A stretch of 62,011 nucleotides of DNA from an uncultured virus (IMG/VR IMGVR_UViG_3300017732_000001) (IMGVR_UViG_3300017732_000001); one strand, 5' to 3'; shown: positions 18,347 to 28,827, numbered from the stretch's first letter. Notes: a model not told the origin generated them from the sequence alone. Numbers and translations: made by a program.

Positions 18347-19181
18347 ATTTTTGTTCTACTTGATGTACGTGTGGTTTGATATATGACACGTTGTTCACCA
18401 TAACGTCGGCACATATGGCATAATAAGGTGACTTAGGGTGGAAGGTGATTCCCTTCTGAATCAATTCACCACAATTTTTTAATCTCGCGATCTCAAAGTC
18501 TAATCTTTTATTGGCAGTGAGTTGTTGCTGCAATGATATTTGTGTTGCTGCTGCTTCCTTACATTGCTTTTGTGCTTTCTTATCTAATGGTATAGACCAA
18601 GTGGCACTTACACCTAGTGATAGGTTATATGTATCCTTCTGTCCAGTTCTTACTGGAACTTTATATAAAATATTTCCTGGATTATCGGGCACTCCGTCTC
18701 CTGTAACTGCACCATTTACATCAGTAGCACCTTCTTGATCACGCATATCATATACATTATCCCACCATTGATCTTCCCAAGGTTTCTGTCCAGATGCACT
18801 ACCTGTAGCAAACGGTGTTATGTTAAGTGTACTACCTTGACATTGAATACCACCCCCATAAGTATTAGTAATATATGGTCCTTGTAAAACCTGAATTGCC
18901 TGATTGGTCACTGAGCCTGAACTATTCGCGATTGGAGATGCAGTAGCAGACACACCACCAATATCAGATGCGTGTGCTATCTGTGGTGCAAGTAGTGCAA
19001 AGGCAAGACCTATTGTTGGAAGATACTTGTTGTGTCTGTGACGCTTGTAACCTCCGTCACCCTTTGAATAATTGTCTGATTTTGGAGTCCTGGTCCAGAG
19101 TAAGTTTCTGTGAACTGGAATGCATTGCCCACTTGATTTTGGGTCCAGTTTGGTTTTTGATTTACGTTTAATCCTGTCCAT
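18123..19181 (-). CDS. Secreted/envelope beta-rich protein (start codon uncertain)
   Basis: Signal-like KRHRHNKYLPTIGLAFALLAPQIAHA, then GGVSATASPIANSSGSVTNQAIQV; LSLGVSATWSIPLD; four Cys. Confidence 0.72.
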   Translation of the reverse strand: MDRIKRKSKTKLDPKSSGQCIPVHRNLLWTRTPKSDNYSKGDGGYKRHRHNKYLPTIGLAFALLAPQIAHASDIGGVSATASPIANSSGSVTNQAIQVLQGPYITNTYGGGIQCQGSTLNITPFATGSASGQKPWEDQWWDNVYDMRDQEGATDVNGAVTGDGVPDNPGNILYKVPVRTGQKDTYNLSLGVSATWSIPLDKKAQKQCKEAAATQISLQQQLTANKRLDFEIARLKNCGELIQKGITFHPKSPYYAICADVMVNNVSYIKPHVHQVEQKSTSSSSSEVREVPVSSSADDLGGPFEIGDVESFREQPKSSLSSSSQQVSPLSKEDRQSVLRAVQTWQQQRQLNQ

Positions 19182-19444
19182 TTTGAAGTCACACCATCAA
19201 TAGTTTGAGATTGTTCACTTACGCCTGGTGTCATAGATCCACCATCGTGTTTTACGTTTGTGCCATTTACCGAATAAACCCAACCAGTAGCGTAGTCCAT
19301 AGAATTTATGGTCTCAGTTACCTTAGAAGTCGTTTCCGTGTGGGAGGTCATCGATCCTTGAGTGAAATTAGGCACCACAGGTACTGCTATCACTGGAGTT
19401 CCAGCGAATGATAGTAGTACCATTGTAGCAACTAGTCTTTTCAT
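19010..19444 (-). CDS. Secreted beta-rich protein
   Basis: Signal peptide MKRLVATMVLLSFAGTPVIA; Thr/Ser-rich. Confidence 0.8.
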   Translation of the reverse strand: MKRLVATMVLLSFAGTPVIAVPVVPNFTQGSMTSHTETTSKVTETINSMDYATGWVYSVNGTNVKHDGGSMTPGVSEQSQTIDGVTSKWTGLNVNQKPNWTQNQVGNAFQFTETYSGPGLQNQTIIQRVTEVTSVTDTTSIFQQ

Positions 19445-19945
19445 TTATCGGATGGTGACTTCGCTGACAAATTGTCCCACAGCATTCGTACCTGCCCCGC
19501 CCGCTGTCAATCCGACAGTTGAACTGGAATCAATAGTACCAGCAAGGGATCCTGCAGTACCAGCAGCAGTTGATGTCTGGTTACTGAAGTTATGTACTGC
19601 ACCAGTAGAAGGTGCACCAGAACCTAAAGCGTCACCTTGATAGAATGACTGAGTGAAGCTGAAGGATTCTCCTGCAGTTGCCTGGGTTGCTGACAACGTA
19701 GGAATCGCTCCAACTCCTGATGCGACTGTAAGACTACCAATAGATGCTGTAGCACTACCACCAGAAGGTGTGTATTGTGTGGTCACATTGTTTCCACTAA
19801 CACTATAAGTGGAACCAACACGTTGAACATTGGTTGCCGCTGCATCAACTGTGAGTTGCACTGAAGAAGATAGTTTATGTGTAACATCGGCATATGCAGG
19901 TGCCGTCATCAAAGTCATTACGAAAAGCATCGCTGCTCTTTTCAT
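19445..19945 (-). CDS. Secreted beta-rich protein, likely paralogue of 19010-19444
   Basis: Signal peptide MKRAAMLFVMTLMTAPAYA; Ser/Thr/Gly/Ala-rich. Confidence 0.8.
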   Translation of the reverse strand: MKRAAMLFVMTLMTAPAYADVTHKLSSSVQLTVDAAATNVQRVGSTYSVSGNNVTTQYTPSGGSATASIGSLTVASGVGAIPTLSATQATAGESFSFTQSFYQGDALGSGAPSTGAVHNFSNQTSTAAGTAGSLAGTIDSSSTVGLTAGGAGTNAVGQFVSEVTIR

Positions 19946-20043
19946 CTTTTTAAATGGGTAATTAATACATCTAGCCTATTTAGCGTCGAGAAAACTGTAC
20001 AGATGATACCGTTTTAACCGTACCTGTGATCCACTGCTATGAC

Positions 20044-20051
20044 TATAAATA
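20044..20051 (+). promoter_or_regulatory. T4-type late promoter for hsp20
   Basis: TATAAATA followed by a UUCG hairpin and an AAGGAG Shine-Dalgarno. Confidence 0.7.
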
Positions 20052-20105
20052 ATTGTGTCGCCTTCGGGGACAACACCAAAACTCTCGCTTTAAGGAGCAG
20101 TACAA

Positions 20106-20546
20106 ATGAATCAATTCACATCTAGTGATCTAGATAAAATCTTACAGGCATCTAGGTCATACTCAGTCGGACTCGACAATATCTTTCACAGACTAGAGTC
20201 AAGAGCACTAGCAGATCACGAGACAAAATCTTACCCTCCATACAACCTGATCAAAGAGTCAGAAACTAAATGGAAGATCGAAGTAGCACTAGCAGGATTC
20301 AGAAAGGATGAGTTCGAGGTCGCAACAGAAACTAACGTCCTATCAATCAGGACAGTCAAAGAGAAGAACGATGACCACAGAGGATACCTACACAAAGGTG
20401 TAGCGAAACGTACCTTTGCAAGGACATTCACACTCTCTGATGATGTGAAACTTGGCAGCATCGATTACCAAGATGGTCTTTTGACCATAGAACTTAATAA
20501 AATCGTACCTGACAGTCACAAAAGAAAGGTATATAATATTGAGTAG
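20106..20546 (+). CDS. hsp20: Small heat shock protein Hsp20
   Basis: YPPYNLIK, EVALAGF, YLHKGVAKRTF and DGLLTIEL. Confidence 0.95.
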   Translation: MNQFTSSDLDKILQASRSYSVGLDNIFHRLESRALADHETKSYPPYNLIKESETKWKIEVALAGFRKDEFEVATETNVLSIRTVKEKNDDHRGYLHKGVAKRTFARTFTLSDDVKLGSIDYQDGLLTIELNKIVPDSHKRKVYNIE

Positions 20547-20558
20547 TCACTATGACGA

Positions 20559-20732
20559 ATGAAAAAATTGCTATCGAACCCAGTAGTCCATATGATTCTG
20601 ATCATCGGTGGATCCTTAGGATTCATTGAGTTTGTTCATACAAGAGCACACCATACTTATGAAGTTGATATTCACGGTTACGTGAAACAATACTGCAGGA
20701 GAAATGATTGCTCACAATTTGGCAACGACTGA
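20559..20732 (+). CDS. Small membrane protein (57 aa, MKKLLSNPVVH...)
   Basis: Read manually; one transmembrane helix plus a His-rich segment; ends before the terminator. Confidence 0.6.
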   Translation: MKKLLSNPVVHMILIIGGSLGFIEFVHTRAHHTYEVDIHGYVKQYCRRNDCSQFGND

Positions 20733-20757
20733 AAGTAGCATACATAATGTACAACAG

Positions 20758-20780
20758 AAGAGACCTTCGGGTCTCTTTTT
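20758..20780 (+). terminator. Rho-independent terminator
   Basis: AAGAGACC-TTCG-GGTCTCTT-TTT. Confidence 0.85.
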
Positions 20781-20795
20781 CTATGGAGTTTTTTT

Positions 20796-21035
20796 ATGAA
20801 TCACTATGTGAACTGCGCTCCGAGGGGGAGCGACGATTATGAATCGATCACACTCGATGTTCCAACCAGATATGTTGACGAGGTTCTAGGATATGCTAGA
20901 ATGATTAACGATGAACATAATGTGGATGTACATAAGTCATTCGCACATATTGTTCGTGGTGTTTACAATACCCTAACTGAAAATTATGACCGTAAAAATC
21001 GTAAGAATGATCAATGGCGAGGACGTAATCGCTGA
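20796..21035 (+). CDS. Hypothetical protein
   Basis: GGAG Shine-Dalgarno; fills the gap. Confidence 0.6.
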   Translation: MNHYVNCAPRGSDDYESITLDVPTRYVDEVLGYARMINDEHNVDVHKSFAHIVRGVYNTLTENYDRKNRKNDQWRGRNR

Positions 21036-21336
21036 TGTTCAAGAAGCGTACCCTGAGGAGAAATCCTATTCCCCAATTGGATACCTTATGAAGGATCCTT
21101 ATCAAGTGAATCTACACGCTTCAGCAGAAATGTTGTTTGAGGGTACTCAAGAAACACCACAAAAAATTAACGACCTGAACTTGGAACTATTCCCTTGGAT
21201 CCCACTTTCTAAAAATAATGCTACACTAGTAGTATTGAGCAACGTCGCTACAATCTACAATCCACACCCTGAGGTGGAATCTAAATGGAAAACCTGTATC
21301 AAAGGAAATGCAACCACTGAAACTAATCCTTCTTAA
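20986..21336 (+). CDS. Conserved hypothetical protein (possible Sm-like fold)
   Basis: KIVRMINGEDVIADV and LFPWIPLS; usual position upstream of gp43. Confidence 0.7.
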   Translation: MTVKIVRMINGEDVIADVQEAYPEEKSYSPIGYLMKDPYQVNLHASAEMLFEGTQETPQKINDLNLELFPWIPLSKNNATLVVLSNVATIYNPHPEVESKWKTCIKGNATTETNPS

Positions 21337-21544
21337 GGACCACACGCACCTAATGGGTGCAGTCACAGAACTAGATGAGGAACCATCATACCTTATCTCT
21401 GATTGTATGAAGATCACTGATGGGAAATTTGAAAAGTATCCCTACTACTCAGATCAACGTGATATGTTCTTGACAACTGACGTTGTTTTGACTATAGTTG
21501 AACCGTCTGAAGAGACCGTAACCAACTACAAGAAGGCGCTTTGA
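21308..21544 (+). CDS. Conserved hypothetical protein
   Basis: Coupled to the gp43 start; VLTIVEP. Confidence 0.7.
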   Translation: MQPLKLILLKDHTHLMGAVTELDEEPSYLISDCMKITDGKFEKYPYYSDQRDMFLTTDVVLTIVEPSEETVTNYKKAL

Positions 21545-24018
21545 GTTCAGTCTATACAAACGTAACACTACTAGGTGACGCTATTCTCTGCCGAGGGTAT
21601 GAGGATGGTGTCCCTATTTCGTATAAGGAAATCATCAAACCAACACTGTATGTTCCATCACCGAAAGGTAAATGGAAGACTCTTGATGGCGAGAAGATGG
21701 CACCAGTCAAACAAGACGGTGCTAAACGTGCTCGTGAGTTCATCGAGAAGTATAAAGGTGTTGAAGGTTTTGAGGTGCACGGTTACGAAAGATTTGTATA
21801 TCAATGGATCTCAGAAAAATACCCTCAGGATATGAGGGCAAACCTTGAGCAGATGAAGATCTATACGATTGACATCGAGGTTGCTTGCGAGAATGGTTTC
21901 CCTGATACCGAAGCGTGTCAAGAGGAGATGCTTCTTATTACTATTAAAGATCTTTCTAGTGGTAAGTTCATCACTTGGGGAACCCGTGAAGCAAAGATTG
22001 ATACTGAGTATCGTTGCTTCTGGACTGAACAGGAGATGTTATCTGATTTCCATTCTTGGTGGGTAGAGAACACTCCTGATGTGGTTACTGGTTGGAATTG
22101 TAATCTGTACGACATCCCTTATATCTGTCGTCGCATTGAACGTGTGCTAGGTGAGAAGTGGCAAAAATCATTATCACCTTGGAACAAAGTTAATATGCGT
22201 GAGGTTTACATCAAGGGTCGTAGGAATTTGTCCTACAACATTCTTGGAGTAAGCATTCTGGATTACCTTGATCTATACCGAAAGTTTACATATACCAATC
22301 AGGAATCATATCGTCTGGATCATATTGCGTTTGTCGAACTAGATCAACGTAAGTTAGATCACAGTGAGTTTGAGAACTTCAAAGCATTCTATACTGATGA
22401 CTGGCAGAAGTTCGTTGAATACAACATCATTGACGTTGAACTAGTAGATCGTCTTGAACACAAGATGAAACTACTGGAACTTGCTGTCGTGATGGCATAC
22501 GATGCCAAGGTAAACTTCGAGGATGTTTATTCTCAGGTTCGTATGTGGGATACACTCATCTACAACTATCTGAAGGAGCGTAAAATCTGTGTCCCCCCAA
22601 GACAAGAGAGCACCAAGAACGATAAGTACGCAGGAGCATACGTCAAAGAACCCAAACCAGGACTCTACGATTGGGTTGTTTCGTTTGACCTTAACTCTCT
22701 GTATCCTCATCTCATTATGCAGTATAATATTTCGCCTGAGACCCTCATCGATACAAGACACCCCACCGCCAGTGTTGATGGACTGCTCAACAGAGAAGTA
22801 CAAATCAGTGGAGATTACTGTGTGTGTGCCAACCGAGCACAGTACAGGAAAGACATCCAAGGATTTCTACCCAAGATGATGCAGAAGATCTACGATGAAC
22901 GTGTGATCTTTAAGAAGAAGATGATTCAAGCGAAGAAAGAATTTGAGAAGACAGGTAACAAAAAGTTACAGGATGATATTTCTGCCTTCAATAACATACA
23001 GATGGCGAGAAAGATTCAATTGAACTCTGCATATGGTGCTATTGGTAACCAATACTTTAGGTATTTTAACCTAGCGAATGCTGAAGCAATCACTCTTTCT
23101 GGTCAGGTTTCAATCCGTTGGATTGAGAATCGTATGAATGATTACCTAAATAACTTACTCAACACAGAAAAGAAGGATTATGTCATTGCATCTGACACTG
23201 ACTCAATCTATCTTAACCTTGGACCTCTTGTTGATAAATTTTTTGGTAGTAAGTGTGGTGATAAAGACGCAGTTGTGGGGATACTTGACAAGATCTGTCA
23301 AGAAAAGATTGAACCCTACATTGATCAAAGTTACTCGGAACTCGCGACGTACGTTTCGGCGTATGACCAAAAAATGAAGATGAAGAGGGAGACCATTGCC
23401 AACAAAGGTATATGGACTGCCAAGAAAAGATATATTCTCAACGCTTATGACATCGAAGGAGTCAGGTTTACTGAACCTAAGATCAAGATGATGGGCATTG
23501 AGGCAGTCAAATCATCCACACCTGCTGCCTGTAGGACAGCAATTAAGGATGCTATGAAAGTTATTATGAATGGTACCGAACAGGATACCCAAGATTTCAT
23601 AGCAAAATTCAGGGAGAAGTTTGAGAAACTAAACGCAGAGGATGTTGCATTCCCACGTGGGTGTAATGGTCTGTCAAAGTTCTCAAACCCTGCTACAATA
23701 TATTCAAAGGGTACTCCTATCCACGTGAGAGGAGCACTACTATACAATTTCTATAACAAGAAGAACAAATTGACTCACAAGTATCCTCTAATTCAAGAGG
23801 GGGAGAAGGTAAAGTTCCTCTATTTAAAGACCCCAAACAAAATCCAAGAGAACGTTGTAAGTTTCTTTCAGACTCTGCCGAAAGAATTTGGTCTTGACAA
23901 GTACATAGATTATGACCTACAATTCCAGAAGAGTTTCCTTGATCCATTACAGGTTATTATGGATACTATTAATTGGAAGGCAGAGAAGATTGCTAACCTA
24001 GACGAATTTTTCCTATGA
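21541..24018 (+). CDS. gp43: Family B DNA polymerase gp43
   Basis: DIEV exonuclease motif, [24 protein letters not shown] and KKRY; no intein. Confidence 0.97.
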   Translation: MSSVYTNVTLLGDAILCRGYEDGVPISYKEIIKPTLYVPSPKGKWKTLDGEKMAPVKQDGAKRAREFIEKYKGVEGFEVHGYERFVYQWISEKYPQDMRANLEQMKIYTIDIEVACENGFPDTEACQEEMLLITIKDLSSGKFITWGTREAKIDTEYRCFWTEQEMLSDFHSWWVENTPDVVTGWNCNLYDIPYICRRIERVLGEKWQKSLSPWNKVNMREVYIKGRRNLSYNILGVSILDYLDLYRKFTYTNQESYRLDHIAFVELDQRKLDHSEFENFKAFYTDDWQKFVEYNIIDVELVDRLEHKMKLLELAVVMAYDAKVNFEDVYSQVRMWDTLIYNYLKERKICVPPRQESTKNDKYAGAYVKEPKPGLYDWVVSFDLNSLYPHLIMQYNISPETLIDTRHPTASVDGLLNREVQISGDYCVCANRAQYRKDIQGFLPKMMQKIYDERVIFKKKMIQAKKEFEKTGNKKLQDDISAFNNIQMARKIQLNSAYGAIGNQYFRYFNLANAEAITLSGQVSIRWIENRMNDYLNNLLNTEKKDYVIASDTDSIYLNLGPLVDKFFGSKCGDKDAVVGILDKICQEKIEPYIDQSYSELATYVSAYDQKMKMKRETIANKGIWTAKKRYILNAYDIEGVRFTEPKIKMMGIEAVKSSTPAACRTAIKDAMKVIMNGTEQDTQDFIAKFREKFEKLNAEDVAFPRGCNGLSKFSNPATIYSKGTPIHVRGALLYNFYNKKNKLTHKYPLIQEGEKVKFLYLKTPNKIQENVVSFFQTLPKEFGLDKYIDYDLQFQKSFLDPLQVIMDTINWKAEKIANLDEFFL

Positions 24019-25034
24019 CATCATTTTTAAAAGACATTATCAGCGACATTGGCAATGACTATGCTTCAGTCGTTAGTGACGGGGTTGCTGCAGGCGACGT
24101 TACTTCTTTCGTTGACACTGGGTCTCATATATTCAATGCCCTTGTTAGTGGTTCGATTTATGGAGGTTTGCCTTCAAACAAGATCACCGCTATTGCAGGA
24201 GAATCAAGCACTGGAAAAACTTTTTTTACTCTTAGTGTCGTTCGTAGTTTCCTGGATTCTAATCCTGACGCTATTGTATTATATTTCGAATCTGAGTCTG
24301 CTGTCTCCCAGAATATGCTGACCAGTCGTGGTATTGATCCTAATCGTGTCGCTGTTGTTCCTGTTACTACTGTACAAGAGTTCAGAACACAGGCACTTAA
24401 GACACTGAAGAACTACTCCAAGATGAAGGAGGAGGACAGGAAACCTATGATGTTCTGTCTTGACTCACTTGGTATGCTTTCCACTTCTAAGGAAGTATCT
24501 GATAGTGAGGAAGGTAAAGAGACTAGGGATATGACTAGAGCACAGGTTGTGAAAGCAATCTTCCGTGTTCTAACTCTTGAACTAGGTCGTTGCAATGTAC
24601 CACTCATCGTTACTAACCATACATATGACGTGGTAGGTGCATACGTTCCAACTAAAGAAATGGGTGGAGGATCTGGTCTTAAGTATGCTGCCAGTACAAT
24701 TATTTTCCTGAGTAAATCTAAAGAACGCGACTCTAACAAAGAGATCGTTGGTAACATTATCAAATGTTTGACTGCTAAGTCACGCTTCACTAAAGAAAAT
24801 GTAAAAGTAGAAACGAGGTTATTCTATGACTCAAGGGGACTTGACAAGTATTACGGACTATTGGAATTGGGTGAGAAGTATGGGGTATTTGAACGTAAGG
24901 GTAATCGTGTTGTTGTCGGGGAGTCTAGCGTCTTCCCTTCTGTTATTCTCAAGGATCCTGAGAAATACTTCACCAGTGAAATAATGGATAAGTTGGAAGA
25001 AGCAGCGAAGAAGGAATTTGCATATGGATCTTGA
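24015..25034 (+). CDS. uvsX: RecA-like recombinase UvsX
   Basis: [15 protein letters not shown] and [12 protein letters not shown]. Confidence 0.95.
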   Translation: MTSFLKDIISDIGNDYASVVSDGVAAGDVTSFVDTGSHIFNALVSGSIYGGLPSNKITAIAGESSTGKTFFTLSVVRSFLDSNPDAIVLYFESESAVSQNMLTSRGIDPNRVAVVPVTTVQEFRTQALKTLKNYSKMKEEDRKPMMFCLDSLGMLSTSKEVSDSEEGKETRDMTRAQVVKAIFRVLTLELGRCNVPLIVTNHTYDVVGAYVPTKEMGGGSGLKYAASTIIFLSKSKERDSNKEIVGNIIKCLTAKSRFTKENVKVETRLFYDSRGLDKYYGLLELGEKYGVFERKGNRVVVGESSVFPSVILKDPEKYFTSEIMDKLEEAAKKEFAYGS

Positions 25035-25581
25035 ATCTTTCATCAAGGTTTATGATGATACCATCTCTAAAGAAGTATGTGAGAATGCAATTCGTCTCTT
25101 TGAAAAAGAAGAGCACGAAGTTTGGGATAGAGATGGTCGTCCTACCTTCGCACAATTTAATATCACCGAGCACGTTGAAAAGGGAGCACATAAAGATTGG
25201 GACATAATCCAATCAACATTGATTCAGTCTGCTCACGATTTCATCCAACGATATATGGATGAGTGTGACTGTAGGAAATACTTTCCTATGAAGACATCAC
25301 TTGAACAATTTAGGATCAAGAGATACAATCCAGATTCAGAAGATCAATTCAAATGGCACGTCGATGTGGGTGACCACGAGTCTGCTAAAAGAATGCTTGT
25401 GATATTCTGGTACCTCAATGATGTTCAAGAGGGTGGAGAGACTGAATTCAAACATATGAAAGTTACTCCTAAACGTGGTAGAATGTTAGTGTTCCCACCC
25501 ACGTGGACATATCCTCACGCAGGACTACCTGCAATCTCTAACGCAAAATACATCGCGGGAACGTACATCCACTATGTCTAA
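25024..25581 (+). CDS. 2OG-Fe(II) oxygenase (prolyl-hydroxylase-like, HxD type)
   Basis: [26 protein letters not shown]. Confidence 0.85.
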   Translation: MDLESFIKVYDDTISKEVCENAIRLFEKEEHEVWDRDGRPTFAQFNITEHVEKGAHKDWDIIQSTLIQSAHDFIQRYMDECDCRKYFPMKTSLEQFRIKRYNPDSEDQFKWHVDVGDHESAKRMLVIFWYLNDVQEGGETEFKHMKVTPKRGRMLVFPPTWTYPHAGLPAISNAKYIAGTYIHYV

Positions 25582-26950
25582 TTCTGTAGAAGGACTCGTA
25601 GTAACAAACTTGATTCATAATCAAGATTTTACACGTAAGACACTTCCACACATCAAGCAAGAATACTTCGAAGATTACAACAACAAAATTATCTTCGATG
25701 AACTTGCAAAATATTTTATGGAATACGATGCTCTCCCTTCAAAGGAAGCATTGAGTATTGAAATTGAATCAAGAGAAGATCTAAACGAGACTACGTTCTC
25801 TGAACTAAAGACATCTCTTGTAAATATGGTTGAAGAACCACACGAGATTGATTGGTTAGTAAACACTTCAGAGAAGTGGTGTCGTGATCGTGCTATCTAC
25901 AACGCACTCCTTGAGTCTATTCAGATTGCTGATGGCAACTCTGAAACAATGGGACGTGATGCTATCCCAAGCATCTTATCTAATGCACTATCAGTTTCTT
26001 TTGATAATTCTGTTGGGCACGACTACATCGATGATGCTGATCAACGTTATCAGTTCTATCATAGAGTAGAAGAAAAGGTTCCTTTTGATATTGAGTTACT
26101 CAATAAGATTACTAAAGGTGGTCTATCTAAGAAGACATTGAACATTGCACTTGCAGGTACAGGTGTTGGTAAGTCTTTGTTTATGTGTCACTGCGCTGCT
26201 GCTAATCTTTCTGCAGGACTAAACGTGTTATACATCACGTTGGAAATGGCAGAGGAGAAGATTGCTGAACGTATTGATGCTAACTTGATGAACATTCCAA
26301 TTCAATCATTGGAGACATTGCCTAAACCAATGTTCGATTCTAAAATTGAAAAGGTCAACAACAAAACAAATGGTCGTCTTATTATCAAAGAATACCCTAC
26401 TGCATCTGCACACGTAGGACACTTCAAGGCACTGTTACAAGAACTTGCTATCAAGAAATCGTTTGTACCAGACATCATTTATGTTGATTACCTTAACATT
26501 TGCAACTCATCAAGATACAAAGGTGCTATAGTTAACTCGTACACATTTGTTAAATCTATTGCTGAAGAACTACGTGGACTTGCAGGTGAACATAATGTCC
26601 CTATCGTATCCGCTACTCAAACTACTCGTAGTGGGTATGGCAATTCTGATGTTGACCTGACAGATACTTCGGAGTCATTTGGACTCCCTGCTACTGCAGA
26701 CTTTATGATTGCTCTGATCTCTACTGAAGAGATGGAAGAGTTGAATCAGATTATGGTGAAACAACTTAAGAATAGATATAATGATCCTACAGTGAACAAG
26801 AGATTCGTTGTAGGAGTTGACAGGGCGAAGATGCGTCTGTATGATTGTGAAGAACAAAAGAAGATCGTTGACTCTGGACAAGAGGAAACGGTTGATGCAT
26901 CTGACATCCTATCCTTCTCTAAACAAAACTTTAATGATTTCAAAGTATGA
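25574..26950 (+). CDS. gp41: Replicative helicase gp41
   Basis: AGTGVGKS, VDYLNI, SATQTTR, SESFGLPATAD and KNRY. Confidence 0.96.
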   Translation: MSNSVEGLVVTNLIHNQDFTRKTLPHIKQEYFEDYNNKIIFDELAKYFMEYDALPSKEALSIEIESREDLNETTFSELKTSLVNMVEEPHEIDWLVNTSEKWCRDRAIYNALLESIQIADGNSETMGRDAIPSILSNALSVSFDNSVGHDYIDDADQRYQFYHRVEEKVPFDIELLNKITKGGLSKKTLNIALAGTGVGKSLFMCHCAAANLSAGLNVLYITLEMAEEKIAERIDANLMNIPIQSLETLPKPMFDSKIEKVNNKTNGRLIIKEYPTASAHVGHFKALLQELAIKKSFVPDIIYVDYLNICNSSRYKGAIVNSYTFVKSIAEELRGLAGEHNVPIVSATQTTRSGYGNSDVDLTDTSESFGLPATADFMIALISTEEMEELNQIMVKQLKNRYNDPTVNKRFVVGVDRAKMRLYDCEEQKKIVDSGQEETVDASDILSFSKQNFNDFKV

Positions 26951-27513
26951 CTGAAAACACAGCAGAATTTCGTGAAGAACCACAGGTAACGGAGAAGGAT
27001 TTCTCCAATCCTGCTGAGCGTATCCCTAAAGGATTCCAAGAACCTCAAGGAGTGGCAGGTAAAAAGGTTGCTGCTAAACGTAAGAATCAAAATGAAACAA
27101 ACGAACCCTTTGAAGTTGATTACGAAGAGTATTTTAAGTTTGTAAACTTGACCACCAGTAAAGAGTCAAAAGATTTTGATGCACTGATGGAACGTTATGA
27201 AACTCTCAAAGGTGAGGGTTGTGACATTGAGCGTCTTGATACTGCTGCCTCTGGTCTTGTTGCTGAGGGTGGTGAATTTATGGAGATCGTTAAGAAACTT
27301 AAGTTCCAAGGTAAACCCTGGAATGATGACAACAAAGAACATCTTATCCTCGAACTCGGTGATATTATGTGGTATGTCGCGAATGCTTGTATGGCACTCG
27401 GTGTAACTCTTGATGAGGTTACCTTCCGTAACTCAGTTAAACTTGCAACACGTTATCCTGAGGGTGAGTTTACTGTTGTTCGTTCTGAAAACCGTAAGAA
27501 GGGGGACAGGTAA
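26947..27513 (+). CDS. mazG: MazG-family NTP pyrophosphohydrolase
   Basis: GLVAEGGEFMEIVKK..ELGDIMWY. Confidence 0.9.
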   Translation: MTENTAEFREEPQVTEKDFSNPAERIPKGFQEPQGVAGKKVAAKRKNQNETNEPFEVDYEEYFKFVNLTTSKESKDFDALMERYETLKGEGCDIERLDTAASGLVAEGGEFMEIVKKLKFQGKPWNDDNKEHLILELGDIMWYVANACMALGVTLDEVTFRNSVKLATRYPEGEFTVVRSENRKKGDR

Positions 27514-27734
27514 TGGGAGCAGAAATGCTTGCAGCACCAGACACAGTTGCAATGCTTGGTCAAGCAGCAAATGCCTGGAACGCAATCTCTTGGGAAGAAT
27601 CTATTCCATTCCTAATTGTTCTTATCGGTCTCTACTGGGTCAAAGTAAAGATTGATTCATCAGTTGGACTCAGTAAGAAAAAAGGAAGACAACTTAAGAA
27701 TATTATTAAGGAGGCAATAGAAGAAACTAAATGA
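27513..27734 (+). CDS. Small membrane protein
   Basis: One transmembrane helix; coupled. Confidence 0.65.
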   Translation: MGAEMLAAPDTVAMLGQAANAWNAISWEESIPFLIVLIGLYWVKVKIDSSVGLSKKKGRQLKNIIKEAIEETK

Positions 27735-28012
27735 TTTTCTGGATTGGTTTCACCCTTATGTTTTTTAATGAGGGTTTTGTTATGATGCGCCACGTATCAC
27801 CGTGGTTCGGCAGACGAAGAGATGCTATCATCAACAAACTAGGATCGAATGTTTGGTATCGACTTCACGGTACTTTAGATTACACTTGGATTGCACTCGT
27901 GACTATTGGTCTTATTGTTAATCCAAATAGACTCATCCATTTGTCAGCATTAGCAGTCTTTTGGGTGAGTTCTTTCTCAATATTCTACCTACCAAGGTGG
28001 AAGAAGAGATAA
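27731..28012 (+). CDS. Small multi-pass membrane protein
   Basis: FFNEGFVMMRH plus hydrophobic segments. Confidence 0.7.
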   Translation: MIFWIGFTLMFFNEGFVMMRHVSPWFGRRRDAIINKLGSNVWYRLHGTLDYTWIALVTIGLIVNPNRLIHLSALAVFWVSSFSIFYLPRWKKR

Positions 28013-28038
28013 ATAAAATTGGTTCGAGATGGATCGTG

Positions 28039-28074
28039 GAGAGTGCTTGACACTCTCTTTTTTTATGCTATGAT
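28039..28074 (+). terminator. Terminator overlapping a sigma70-type promoter
   Basis: GAGAGTG-loop-CACTCTC-T run; TTGACA (28047-52) N16 TATGAT (28069-74). Confidence 0.65.
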
Positions 28075-28084
28075 ATATTTGTAA

Positions 28085-28272
28085 GAGAGGGACGCTTCTT
28101 TTACTGGGAGTGACTGAACAAACTTACTGGCATACTGCTGGTTAAGGTGATGAGACACAGGTGGTGCTGCTGCGAAAGCAGAATCGACTTACCAGTCGGG
28201 TCTCAGGCAAAGATGTATTTACTCTGTAGTAATGCCCATCTTTTGTTGGTACACAGTAATCCAACCTCCCTC
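28085..28272 (+). ncRNA. Large structured RNA, resembling the manA motif known from cyanophages
   Basis: Helices GGGAG/CTCCC, TGAGAC/GTCTCA, CTGC-GAAA-GCAG, CGACT/AGTCG, AAAGATG/CATCTTT and GTTGG/CCAAC; own promoter. The family name is from recall, not a search. Confidence 0.65.
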
Positions 28273-28296
28273 CACACACCACACATAATCAGGTCT

Positions 28297-28827
28297 ATGA
28301 ATATCTTCGTAACAGACCCTGATCCAATAGCATCTGCCAGAGTGCTTCCTGACAAACATATTGTCAAGATGCCACTAGAAACCTGTCAGATGCTTTCTAT
28401 TGTCGGATCAGAAAAGTGGGGTCACGGTTTCGGTGACCTACCAAAACTTGACGGTACACCTTACAAAACAGAGAAGGGTGCCTTTCGTAATCATCCCTGT
28501 ACAGTATGGGCAAACAGTTTTGTACTCAACTGGCGATGGTTAATCACACACGGTCTCGCACTGTGCAATGAATACACATTACGCTATGGCAAAATCCACT
28601 CTTGTCAATCCACCATTGAACACGCTAGTAAAATCTTTCCTACAGGTGATCCTACGGGTCGTAGTGGGAAACATCCTACTCCATTCGTCAGAGCAATGTT
28701 CGACGAGTTCAAACAAGATCAATCAATAGATACCTTCACTGCATATAGAAGGTATATCGCTGCAAAACCTTGGGTCAAAGATAACTATCTACGTTTGCCA
28801 GAACGTAAACCTAATTGGGTTTCATAA
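28297..28827 (+). CDS. Pyrimidine-dimer DNA glycosylase-like protein
   Basis: MNIFV..DKHIVKMPLETCQMLS..NHPCTVW..EYTLRYGKIH..AYRRY. Confidence 0.75.
   Translation: MNIFVTDPDPIASARVLPDKHIVKMPLETCQMLSIVGSEKWGHGFGDLPKLDGTPYKTEKGAFRNHPCTVWANSFVLNWRWLITHGLALCNEYTLRYGKIHSCQSTIEHASKIFPTGDPTGRSGKHPTPFVRAMFDEFKQDQSIDTFTAYRRYIAAKPWVKDNYLRLPERKPNWVS

Noticed and set aside
19997..20009. Possible NtcA box (GTA..TAC) in the divergent region before hsp20
   Set aside because: The spacing is N7, not the required N8.
28147..28296. 50-codon N-terminal extension of the glycosylase-like ORF in the ORF track
   Set aside because: It runs through the structured RNA; the family-typical start MNIFV is at 28297.
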